38,049 nucleotides of DNA, taken from assembly GCF_004010195.1 (NCBI RefSeq), contig NC_057718.1, forward strand, positions 40,523,273-40,561,321, written 5' to 3'. The position numbers and the translations under genes are program-made. Positions 24,995 through 34,964 of this stretch are shown here, one piece after another (the stretch's first letter is position 1; each line of letters starts with the position of its first letter). This DNA is from Chiloscyllium plagiosum. Taxonomy: Eukaryota. The notes under the pieces are model-generated. The model had not been told where the DNA came from. It was given only the letters and a program-made list of their open reading frames with translations, and made no database searches.

Positions 24995-26025
24995 TCCCAT
25001 GTGGTTGCAGTCATACCTAGCACATAGGAAGATGGAAGTGTTCTTGGAGGTCAGTTATCTCAACTCCAGGACTCATCTCTAGGAGTTTATCAGCGGAGTA
25101 TCCTAGATAGAACTATTTTCGCTTGTTGCATGAATGACCTTCGCTCCATCTTAAGGTCAGAGTGGGATGCCGATGATGATTGCACAATGTTCAGGCCAAT
25201 TTATGACCACTCAGATACTGAAGCATTCTTTGTGCAAATGCGACAAGACCTGGATAATGTTCATATTTGGGATCACAATTGACAAGTAACATTCACACCA
25301 CACAAATGTCAGGGAATGACCAAAATAGAACCTAACTATTGCTACTTGACATTCAATGACACTACCATTGCTGAATCCCCTTATCCCCTTGGAGGGAGAT
25401 GGAGGATGCCATTTCCCAGAGACTTAACTGGACAAGCCATTAAATATAGAGGTTAGGAATCCTGCAGTGGATAACTTACCACTTAACTTCCCAAAGCCTA
25501 TCCACAATCTACAAGATGTAAGTCAAGAGTGTGGTGGAATATTCCCCACTTGCCTGGATGAGTGATCCTCTGACAACATTCAAGAAGCTTGACACAAGCT
25601 GGGAGGAAGCAGACCACTTAATTGGCACCGCATCCACAAACATTCACACCCTCCATTACTGATGCTCAATAGTAGAAGCATGTACCATCAGAATTTCACC
25701 AAGGTTCAGAAATTCACCAAGGCTCCTTCGGTAGGACCTTCCAAACTGTGACCATTTTCAGCTAGAATGACCAGGGGAGCAGGTACATGGAAACACTACC
25801 ATCTACAAGTTCCCCTCATCACTCACCATCTTGACTTTGAAATATAGCGCTGTTCCTTCACTGCTGTTGGGTCAAAGTCCTGGAACTCCCTCCGTAACAA
25901 CATTGTGGATCGATCTGACCCATTGTACTGCAGCAGTTCAACACCACCCTCTCAAGAACAGCTAGGGATGGACAGTAATTGTTGGCCCAGCCAGAAACAT
26001 CCACATCGTCCGAATAGATACAAAA
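24995..26025 (+). mobile_element. L2/Crack-like LINE RT plus 3' end, degraded
   Basis: WLQSYLAHRKM..., decayed GVPQGS and ADD motifs, LSTIYKM*VKSVVEYSPLAWM; 3' end as at 11590-11730. Confidence 0.8.
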
Positions 26026-27600
26026 ATTCATCTCCTACTTTTGGCTCTGGTGGAGGAGTGTCAGCCTTCACATTAAATATGGCCTTGAGTATTGAAACAG
26101 CCCACAAACAAACTGTTTGAATTTCTTTCCTGTCAGGTATGACACTCAAGAGAACAGAACCTTGCAAACTGCAACTAATTTTCTCACAATCCCGACCAAG
26201 TATGTTTTTCCATTCCGAATTGCCCAGTTTTGGGATTCTATTTCCTTTGAAGCAAAATGCCATCAACATAGCCTTTTCATATCCTTCCAGTGCTATTTTT
26301 TAATCAGCTTGAAATGTACCCCCTAGATGATGTTATATTTTGGTGTTGCTTTCAATGGTATTTATCTTGTATGTTCCTAACATCTGTTTTGACTTGTGCG
26401 CTTTTCTAAACTAGCTTTGATTACTAAATGGGAAAACTTAAAGAGACTTTAAAACAGAAGTAAATACAAATCAAGATTTGAGGGGGATATAAATAGAGTA
26501 CACGCCTTATTTAGAAGGATACTGTTACTAATATGATAACTCTGTGCTGTTTAATGAATGTACAGTGTGATATTTACACTATGTATGCCTTGATGATGTA
26601 TGGTGAAATATTAACCCTCTCCTGCCCATACGTTTGTGGCATCTTATTTTATGCTTCTTTCTCCTCCACTGGTCTCCTTCAGTGTTTTGCCCCTACCCTG
26701 CTCTTCTAAAACTTTTGAGTCTTTGCTCAGGTATTGGTCTGTTTGGGTAATTCCCAAAATCTTCCACCTAAATATCATTACTTGTATGAGTAAGTATGTA
26801 CTGGTAGGTCTATCCCACTGTTAAGTCCAACCCTGACCTCAACTGTCAGCCTGACATCCAATAGATATCACTGAATACTGAGCTTATTCTTCTCACCCTG
26901 AGGTACTGAAGCCAATAGTGATCTTCCACCATTTTGATTAGCAGGGACTGTGACAGGAACTGCAACCTTCCTGGCCTTCATGGATTGGCCAGTCGCTGAA
27001 TTATTGGGAATTACTTTGTACCTGGATCAGAGGAAGTTATTTTCCCTGTTGACCACTCCTGGTATCTTGTGATATTTGTGCCACTTCTACCACTATGTGA
27101 TTGTGGGTAAGGGATGTTTGACATAGTCCTCCTTTATCATTGCATTGTTTTGGGTCAATCTAATCATTAATGACAGAGGAAACATCACCTTCGAGTATCT
27201 GTGGAAGAGACATTGATCCTCAGTAACAAGCTGACTTGTTTCATGATTGCAATATGTATATTTGGTCAGGCATAACCTTAAGAAACTGGTACAGATATAA
27301 CTGCTTCCTCTGAAAGCTGGAGTATAACACCTTGTCTCCACCCACAGGCTGCGTGTGACCTCAGTAGATTGGGTGAAGCAAAGGTAACATGAACATTAAC
27401 TCCTTCAGAGCAATTATATTATATAACACAATGAACTAAATTTATTTGAGTGGATAAATGATAAATAAGTGGCTAAAAAAGTAAGTTAAGAGCAACAACA
27501 CATATATTACAGTGTCTCTTGGGGTTTGTCAACACTAATCTGACTTTATTTGACTATTTGATTTATTTAAAAGCAAGGACAAAAATACTTTTAACAAGAT

Positions 27601-27693
27601 AAACAAACTGCATTTGTTGGAGACCTGAAACGAAAACAGAAATTGCTGGAGAAACTCAACAGGTCTGACAGTAGTTCTGATGAAGAGTCACCA
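27601..27693. mobile_element. Fold-back PLE pLTR (family D), left part with hammerhead 5' half
   Basis: Arm 27635-27671 is the reverse complement of 28518-28554; CTGATGA at 27677-27683 then a-gagtc-acca-ga. Confidence 0.7.
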
Positions 27694-28490
27694 GATTTGA
27701 TTTGATTTGATTTAGACTTTATTGTCACGTGTACTGAAGTACAAAAGCACAGGAGCACGGTGAAAAGCTTTTAAAGTCACAATATGTGGCGCCATTTGAG
27801 ATACAAGTACCCAGGTACAAAATTTAAGAACAAGGTAGAAGAAATAAGGAACAAAGTTAAAAGTCAAACGTTACAGTCGTATAGAGTAAAAAGAAGTTAA
27901 AAATGAAACATTATTGTCCTTCTTAGTATTAAGTTGTAAGATAACAAAATAAAGTTCAAACATTGCCATTTTTCTTAAGTGCTTCGCCATGTTGGGACCT
28001 AGGTTCCTACAAGAGCTCGATCTCCTCTGTTTTGGCATGCTTTCCCCATGCTGGCTTGATCTCCCTGCTCTCATCATAAATACAGATGTCAGGGAAACCT
28101 CCATCGCTGCATTGGGCTCACTCCTGAGAACCCAGACTACCAAAGCCCCGATCCAGACTCTCAGCTGCTGCCACACTCTGGACAACCAAAACCCCGATCC
28201 AGGAGCCATCCATTTCGGGCCTCAGCCTTGCCTTTGGTCTGTGCGTTGAACATCAGAAACTCACTGAGATTCCCTGATTAGACCCCCAGTTACTGCCTCG
28301 CACTGAACATCTAGCCGACTGCCAAATTCAATGAGCCTGATACCGCTGCTGCCACTGCCTCTCTCCAGAAAGTAAATTTGCAGGGAAAAAAACTAAAAAA
28401 AAACTTAAACTAATAAAAAGAGAAAAGAAGAAATAAGAAAAGGAAGAAGAAGAGCAAATAGAATGGATAAGCCTCCTGCACCGCCATCTT
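27694..28490 (-). mobile_element. ~800-bp non-autonomous retroposon with Rex1-type 3' tail
   Basis: Minus strand starts AAGATGGCGG and ends tcagtacacgtgacaataaa...(tcaaa)n, shared with 33520-33552. Confidence 0.7.
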
Positions 28491-28554
28491 GTTAACTCTG
28501 TTTTCTCCTCACAGATGCTGCCAGACCTGATGAGTTTTTCCAGCAACTTCTGTT
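28491..28554 (+). mobile_element. Fold-back PLE pLTR (family D), right part
   Basis: gttaactctg...gatgctgccagacctgatgagtttttccagca, related to the family A pLTR gatgctgcctgacctgctg...ttccagca. Confidence 0.7.
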
Positions 28555-30184
28555 ACTCAAGGCATTAAATTAAATTGGCTTTTTCATTACTCATATGATC
28601 AAACATGTTCAATGAAATTACTGTAGGTGAAATTTGACCAACTGAAAGTTTGTATGGAAGTGTACAGTTAAATGTAATTATTTGCACAAGGTGTTTGTTC
28701 ATTGTTCTGCTCCCACCTTTAACACCATCAGCAGCCATGATTTAATGTTTTGCTAATTGTGAATAATCTGGCTAGCTAGTAGAGAGTAGTCTTCCGTTTT
28801 CTGCAGTCCCTCCCTCAACAAGGGATGTAACCCTCTCTGATTAAATGAACTTGGTGACAACAAACATTGTCCAATGTAGTCCTGCCAGTGAACAGAATTA
28901 CAGTGCTTTGCTCATGCCTCACACAGACACTGGACATTTCAGAACTACTTGCTGCTGGTGTTTTGTGATGACTGCAGTACTTTATAGCGCTAAATTTAAG
29001 TTGTGTCATTATGAAGATTAAAATAAAATAGGACCATAAAAGTTAACTGTCTGTTAAAAAAATGCTATTTTCCTGTCTTTGCACACTGTAATGTCATGCC
29101 AAGGTATGTTTTAAAACAAGCCCATTTTAAATAAAACCAGTAAGTCTTTTGAAGCAGCAATATTTTTCATCAAAACAGATGCTTGTTTTGAAAGCATTAC
29201 ACTTTACTGTAGCCAACACATACTTGAAACATTAAAAACAATGATGGTGATGATGGACATAGCCACACAGCTGCAAATGAGGTCATTCACCAGTTACATA
29301 CAGTGGAAGTGGTAGTTGTGCAGGCAATGTCAACCAAGTTAAAATTCCTGGTTGGAAATCTGAAGCTGAAAACTGAATTTACAAAAGGTTTATTACGCTG
29401 TAACTCTTAGGAACTGAACTGTCTTTTCTCCACTTACCAACAATAATCACTTTTTCAGTCCTGAATGGAAACAGGAAATGCATTCATTGCCTGTAGGTTT
29501 TGCAACGTTTATAATTGTTTCTAGGAACACAACCAATGAAGCTGGTTATTGTTGCTTGAGAAGATCTGAGACATTATTGAACTTTCTGTTGAAATTTGTT
29601 TTGTTCTCACATTTTTAATGTAATTATGCTTCATCTTGTCCAGATGTTGGCAGCATGTCAGAGATCACTATTTGTATATGCTGAGTGATTTCACAAAGAG
29701 ATCTCATCCTTCATGGATCATCTAACATCTATAGAGCTGCATATCATTGCCAAATTCATCAAACAATTACCCAACCATTTTCAGATAACAAACTATTGTG
29801 TGGCATAAACATTTGCAAAGTTTTCCAAAACTTTGGAAACAACTCCCAATTAGCCTTTAGAAGTACTCAGTAAAGTTTTGTAAAAGCTGCCTTAAGGACT
29901 GCACAGTCTCACAATGACTGTTTGTGATGTTACTGTACACAAACTCAGTGCATTCATAAGATTATATCTGCCTTAGCATCTCAGTTAAAACAATGAACAG
30001 AGGAATGTAGTGAAACCTTCTTGACCATTTGGCATTCAAAATAGAACATTATTATTTCATGGCTCAGAAATAATGTTAACTTTGAAAAAAATGAATTCAG
30101 TTACTTTCCTGCCATTACTTCATGATCTTTGATTTCCTCACTGGTTAATAATCAGTCTATCTCAGCCTTGGATATACCTAATGA

Positions 30185-30275
30185 GCTGAAATGTGTTGCT
30201 GGAACAGCGCAGCAGGTCAGGCAGCATCCAGGGAACAGGAGAATCGACGTTTTGGGCATAAGCCCTTCTTCAGGA
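30185..30275 (-). mobile_element. 91-bp PLE pLTR insertion (family A) with hammerhead core
   Basis: Perfect 11-bp TSD atacctaatga (30174-30184, 30276-30286). Minus strand CTGAAGA-a-GGGC-ttat-GCCC-aAAAC-GTC (G12 changed to A). Confidence 0.9.
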
Positions 30276-30588
30276 ATACCTAATGACCCAACCTTGATCA
30301 CTCTCTGCGGTGAAGAATTGACTGACCCTGAGAGAAAAAATTCCTCCTCAGCTTTGTCTGAAATGGGCAACCCCTCACTCTGAGTTTATGCCGCCAGGTC
30401 CTACACTCTCCCCAAGGGCAAATAGTCGCTCCGCATACACCCTATCAAGCTGCCTAAGAATTTTATATGTTTCAATTATGGCTCCTCGCATCCTTCTAAA
30501 ATCCAATAGTACAAATCCAACCTACTCAACCTCACCTCATGAGAAAAATCCCTCCATATTCAGAATCAACACAGTAAATGTTTTCTGG

Positions 30589-30647
30589 ACTGACTCCAAA
30601 TCAACTGACTCCAAATCAACTGACTCCAAATCAACTGACTCCAAATC
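30589..30647. repeat. 15-bp minisatellite x3.9
   Basis: actgactccaaatca repeated perfectly inside the CR1. Confidence 0.95.
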
Positions 30648-31132
30648 CTTTCTTAGATAAGTGGACCAAAACTGTTCACCATAATGCAGATGTGGTTTGA
30701 TTAGTTGTGGCCAAGGCCTCCCTTTTTTCATCCTCCATTCCTCAGAAATGAAGGACAACAATCCATTTGTCTTCTCTATTACCCACTGAACTTGCATACT
30801 AGCTTTTTGTGGTTCTTTCTTGAGGACAAGCAGATCCCTCTATTCTGCAAGCATCTTTACCCCCTTCAAAAAAAAATTTAGCACCTCTATTCTGCCTGCC
30901 ATTTTCCCATGTTACATTCCATCCACTGAATTTTTACTCACTCACTTAATCAGTCTGTAAACCCCTGCAGACTTTTCTGTCATCCTCACCATGTGCCTGC
31001 ACATCTACTTTTATGCCATCTGCAAACTTGGCTAGAATACTTCACTTTCAATATCCAAGTCATTAATATATACTTTAAATAATTGTGGGCACTCTAGCAT
31101 TCTACTAGTTTCAGGTTGACACCCAGAAAATG

Positions 31133-31657
31133 TTCCTAGGAGCGACAATCACTAACAATCTGTCCTGGAGCACCCACATTGATGTAGTGGTCAAGATGGC
31201 ACAAAAACATCTCTTCTTTCTCAGATGGCTAAGGGAATTCAGCACATCCATTAATTTTTATTGATTCACCATGGAAAGCATTCTATCTCAATGCATCATG
31301 GCCTGGTATGGCAACTGCTCTACCCAGGACAGTAAGAAACTACAGAGAGTTGTGAACATAGCCCAGTCCATCAAGCAAGGAGCCTTCCATCCATTTCCTT
31401 CATCTACATTTCTCACTGCCTCAGAAAGGCAGCCAACATCATCAAAGACCCCTCCCACACTAATTAAAATCTCTTCCAACCTCTTCCACCAGGCAGAAGA
31501 TACAAAAGCTTAAACACATGTACCAACAGGTTCAAGAAAAGCTTCTTCCCCGCTGTTTTAGACTACTGAATGGACCTGTCAAATTTCAAATCTAATGTTG
31601 ATTTTGTTTTTTGTGCACCTGCTTTGCAGCTTTAAATTTGTATACCTTGCTCTGTTC
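31133..31657 (+). mobile_element. Rex1/Babar-like LINE, RT C-terminus and 3' UTR
   Basis: FLGATITNNLSWSTHIDVVVKMAQKHLFFLRWLREF and MESILSQCIMAWYGNCSTQDSKKLQRVV. Confidence 0.85.
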
Positions 31658-32514
31658 AAGATTCTGGGTAATCCAAGATGGAGAAGAGGAAACATTTCTT
31701 GTTGTAACAGCTGCTCCTTTATTGAGGTATTGAGGTGAGCCTGACGTCAGTGGTGGGCAAGTTGTTGGAGGAAATCCTGAGGGGCAGGATGTACATGTAC
31801 GTGGAAAGGCAAGGACTGATTAGGGATAGTCAACATGGCTTTGTGCATGGGAAATCATGTCTCACAAACTTGATTGAGTTTTTTGAAGAAGTAACAAAGA
31901 GGATTGATGAGGGCAGAGCAGTAGATATGACCTATATGGACTTCAGTAAGCCGTTTGACAAGGTTCCCCATGGGTGACTGGTTAGCAAGGTTAGCTCTCA
32001 CGGAATACAGAGAGAACTAGCCATTTGGATACAGAACTGGCTCAAAGGTAGAAGACAGAGGGTGGTGGTGGAGGGTTGTTTTTCAGACTGGAAGCCTGTG
32101 ACCAGTGGAGTGCCACAAGGATCGGTGCTGGGTCCACTACTTTTTGTCATTTACAGAAATGATTTGGATTTGAGCATAAGAGGTACAGTTAGTAAGTTTG
32201 CAGATGACACCAAAATTGGAGGTGTAGTGGACAGCGAAGAAGGTTACCTCAGATTACAACAGGATCTGGACCAGGTGGGCCAGTGGGCTGAGAAGGGGCA
32301 GATGGAGTTTAATTCAGATAAATGCGAGTTGCTGCATTTTGAGAAAGCAAATCTTAGCAGGACTTTTACACTTAATGGTAAGGTTCTAGGAAGTGTTGCT
32401 GAACAAAGAGACCTTGAAGTGCAGGTTCATAGCTTTTTGCAAGGTTTGAGAAGGTTTGTGACTCAGGTTGAGGTTTAGGGTATAGGTTTGCTCACTGAGC
32501 TGTAGGTTTGATAT

Positions 32515-32554
32515 CCAGACATTTCATTACCTGGCTAGGTAACATCATCAGTGG
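32515..32554 (-). ncRNA. Minimal hammerhead ribozyme, mirror copy with one stem III change
   Basis: Same as the + copy but GAAAT-GTC instead of GAAAC-GTC. Confidence 0.7.
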
Positions 32555-32664
32555 CGACCTCCAAGTGAAGCGAAGCTATTGTCTCCTGCTTTCTATTTAT
32601 ATGTTTACATATTTACATGTAAATAGAAAGCAGGAGACAACAGCTTCGCTTCACTTGGAGGTCG

Positions 32665-32704
32665 CCACTGATGATGTTACCTAGCCAGGTAATGAAACGT
32701 CTGG
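32665..32704 (+). ncRNA. Minimal type I hammerhead ribozyme, intact core
   Basis: CCA-CTGATGA-t-GTTACCT-agcc-AGGTAAT-GAAAC-GTC-TGG: stem I CCA/TGG, 7-bp stem II, palindromic ACGT stem III, predicted cleavage after C32701. Confidence 0.85.
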
Positions 32705-33443
32705 ATATCAAACCTACAGCTCAGCGAGCAAACCTACACCCTAAAGGTTCATAGCTCCTTGAAAGTGGAGTCACAGGTAGATAGGATAGTGAAGAAGGCA
32801 TTTGGTATGCTTTCTTTTATTGGTCAGAGTATTGAGTACAGGAGATGGGAGGTCATATTGCAGCTGTACAGGACATTGGTTAGGTCAATGTTGGGATATT
32901 GCGTGCAATTCTGGTCTCCTTCCTGTCGGAAAGATGTTGTGAAACTTGAAAGGGTTCAGAAAAGATTTATATGGATGTTGACAGGATTGGAGGATTTGAA
33001 CTATGCGGAGAGGCTCAACAGGCTGGGGCTGTTTTCCCTGGAGTGTCGGAGGCTGAGGGGTGACCTTATAGAGGTTTATAAAATTATGAGGGGCACGAAT
33101 AGGGTAAATAGGCAAAGTCTTATCCCTGAGGTGGGGAGTCCAGAACTAGGGGGCATAGGTTTAGGATGAGAGGGGAAAGATATAAAAGAGACCTGAGGGG
33201 CAACATTTTCACGCAGAGGGTGGTACGTGCATGGAATGAGCTGCTAGATGAAGTGGTGGAGGCTGATACATTTAATTGCAACATTTAAGAGACATTTGGA
33301 TGGGTATATGAATAGGAAGGGTTGGAGGGATATGGGCTGGGTGCTGGCAGGTGGGACTAGATCAGGTTGGCATATCTGGTTGGCATGGATGGGTTGGACC
33401 GAAGGGTCTGTTTCAATGCTGTACATCTCTATAACTCTATTAC

Positions 33444-33552
33444 TCTCTAATCCTCCGATGATCTTTGTATATTGTGATCTGCCTGTACTGCAGGCAAAAC
33501 TCAATTTTTCAGTGTGCCTCAGTACACGTGACACTAATAAATCAAATCAAAT
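33444..33552 (+). mobile_element. Rex1/Babar-like LINE 3' tail
   Basis: gatctgcctgtactg...ctcagtacacgtgacactaataaatcaaatcaaat; continuation of 31133-31657. Confidence 0.75.
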
Positions 33553-34017
33553 GGGCCCTTACCTATCTCTCCATCTTGCGTGATGGACTGGCTATGTTCA
33601 CAACTCTCTGTAGATTCCTATGGTCCTGAGTAGAGCAGTTGCTGCCAATCCTCTCTCCATGCTAATGTATTACCATCAACATCACGGCCTCTTAACTTAT
33701 TAAGTACCCTTATGTGGGGCACTTTATCAAATGCTTTTTGGAACCCCAAAATATGCATTTAACGGTCCCACTTTATCTATCCTGTTTGTTATCTCAAGAA
33801 AGGACTGCCATGAATTATCAACCATGATTTCCCCATCATGAAGCCATGCTGACTCTGTTTGATGATCATGTATTTCTGAATTCTCTGCTGGTATGGTCTT
33901 TCTAACAGCCTTTAACTTTTTCCCATTGACAGATGTTAAGCTAACTAGCCTACCATTGGCTATTATTTTGTTTCTCTCATTTTTTGAATAAGGGTATTAC
34001 TTTGGCATTTTCTAATC

Positions 34018-34231
34018 CCGTGTCTGCGTGGGTGCCTCCGGGTGCTCCGGTTTCCTCCCACAGTCTAAAGACATGCAGGTCAGGTGAATTGACCATGCTA
34101 AATTGCTCGTAGTGTTAGGTGGGAAATGGGTTTGGGTGGTTACTCTTCGGAGGGTCGGTGTGGACTTGTTGGGCCGAAGGGCCTGTTTTCACACTGTAGG
34201 GAATCTAATCTAATCTAATCTAATCTAATCC
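34018..34231 (+). mobile_element. HE1 SINE, 5'-truncated variant
   Basis: V-domain, HER1-like 3' end, (TCTAA)n tail; flanked by tctaatcc (34011-34018, 34224-34231). Confidence 0.92.
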
Positions 34232-34784
34232 AATCTTCTGGGATTTTCCAGAATTTAAGGATACTTAGACAATTGCTATGAATGCATCCACTATCTCACT
34301 AGCAACTTCCCTTGGAATTCTAGGACACAATCCATCCGGTCCAGGAGACCTTTTGGTCTTTAGTCACATTTGTTTCCCGGATACTACTTGTCTGTTGATA
34401 GTTATTGTGTTTATTTGCTCCACCACTTTAGCTCCTTGACTTGTAGAGTTGTTAGAATGCTATTAGTGCTGTCAATGGTATATGAGTTGGATTTTTTCCA
34501 ACTCATATACCATTTTCTGGTTTCTCATTATTATTTACTAACTGGCCTGTATTCTCTTTGGCCTCTCATTTCCTTTTCGTATAATTAAAGAAGCTCTATC
34601 TGTTCATTTCAAATACATTTGCTAGTCTGCCCTGATTGTACGTTTTCACATGTTTTATTGTTTTTTGATCATCTTAAAACTATTTTAAATATCTGGTGTA
34701 CCATTAATCTTTACTATATTGTAAGCTTTTACTTTCAATTTGATGCTATCTTTAACTTTCTTCATTAGCTATGATTGGTGTATT

Positions 34785-34964
34785 GAGGAGAAAGTGAGGT
34801 CTGCAGATGCTGGAGATCACAGCTGAAAATGTGTTGCTGGAAAAGCGCAGCAGGTCAGGCAGCATCCAGGGAACAGGAGAATCGACGTTTCGGGCATAAG
34901 CCCTTCCTGAAGAAGGGCTTATGCCCGAAACATCGATTCTCCTGTTCCCTGGATGCTGCCTGAC
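34785..34964 (-). mobile_element. 180-bp fold-back PLE pLTR insertion (family A)
   Basis: 14-bp TSD atgattggtgtatt (34771-34784, 34965-34978); 53-bp arms 34854-34906 / 34912-34964 with 1 mismatch. Confidence 0.93.
34904..34937 (+). ncRNA. Minimal hammerhead ribozyme core (family A)
   Basis: ttc-CTGAAGA-a-GGGC-ttat-GCCC-GAAAC-ATC-ga; core boxes intact, ACGT palindrome changed to ACAT. Confidence 0.7.

Larger units (their letters stand above)
30100..31132 (-). mobile_element. Old CR1 LINE, 3' part
   Basis: QVQWVIEKTNGLLSFI...PHLHYGEQFWSTYLRKD on the minus strand; continues at 33553. Confidence 0.85.
32435..32744 (-). mobile_element. 310-bp fold-back PLE pLTR insertion (family B)
   Basis: 12-bp TSD aggttcatagct (32423-32434, 32745-32756); 131-bp arms 32474-32604 / 32615-32745 with 5 mismatches; 39-nt unpaired tail. 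Confidence 0.92.
31735..33443 (+). mobile_element. CR1/HER1 LINE RT region, 5'-truncated, relatively young
   Basis: SLTSVVGKLLE, QHGFVHGKSCLTNL, MDFSKPFDKVPH, GVPQGSVLGP, FADDTK. ORFs 31735, 32062 and 32759 share a frame once the 322 bp (insert plus one TSD) are removed; one stop at 31975-31977. Confidence 0.97.

Noticed and set aside
29236..29410. Open stretch NNDGDDGHSHTAANEV... as an exon
   Set aside because: No recognisable protein and no convincing splice sites; the minus frames contain stops.
30537..30797. CRISPR-like array or DLESV repeat protein
   Set aside because: Head-to-tail 15-mers without spacers inside a dead CR1 in eukaryotic DNA.
32435..32744. MITE or pre-miRNA interpretation of the palindrome
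   Set aside because: Arms are asymmetric with a one-sided tail, TSD lengths vary from 8 to 15 bp among such inserts, and hammerhead cores point to PLE pLTRs.
31735..33169. Functional reverse transcriptase gene
   Set aside because: 5'-truncated, has a nonsense codon, a 310-bp insertion and a later frameshift.
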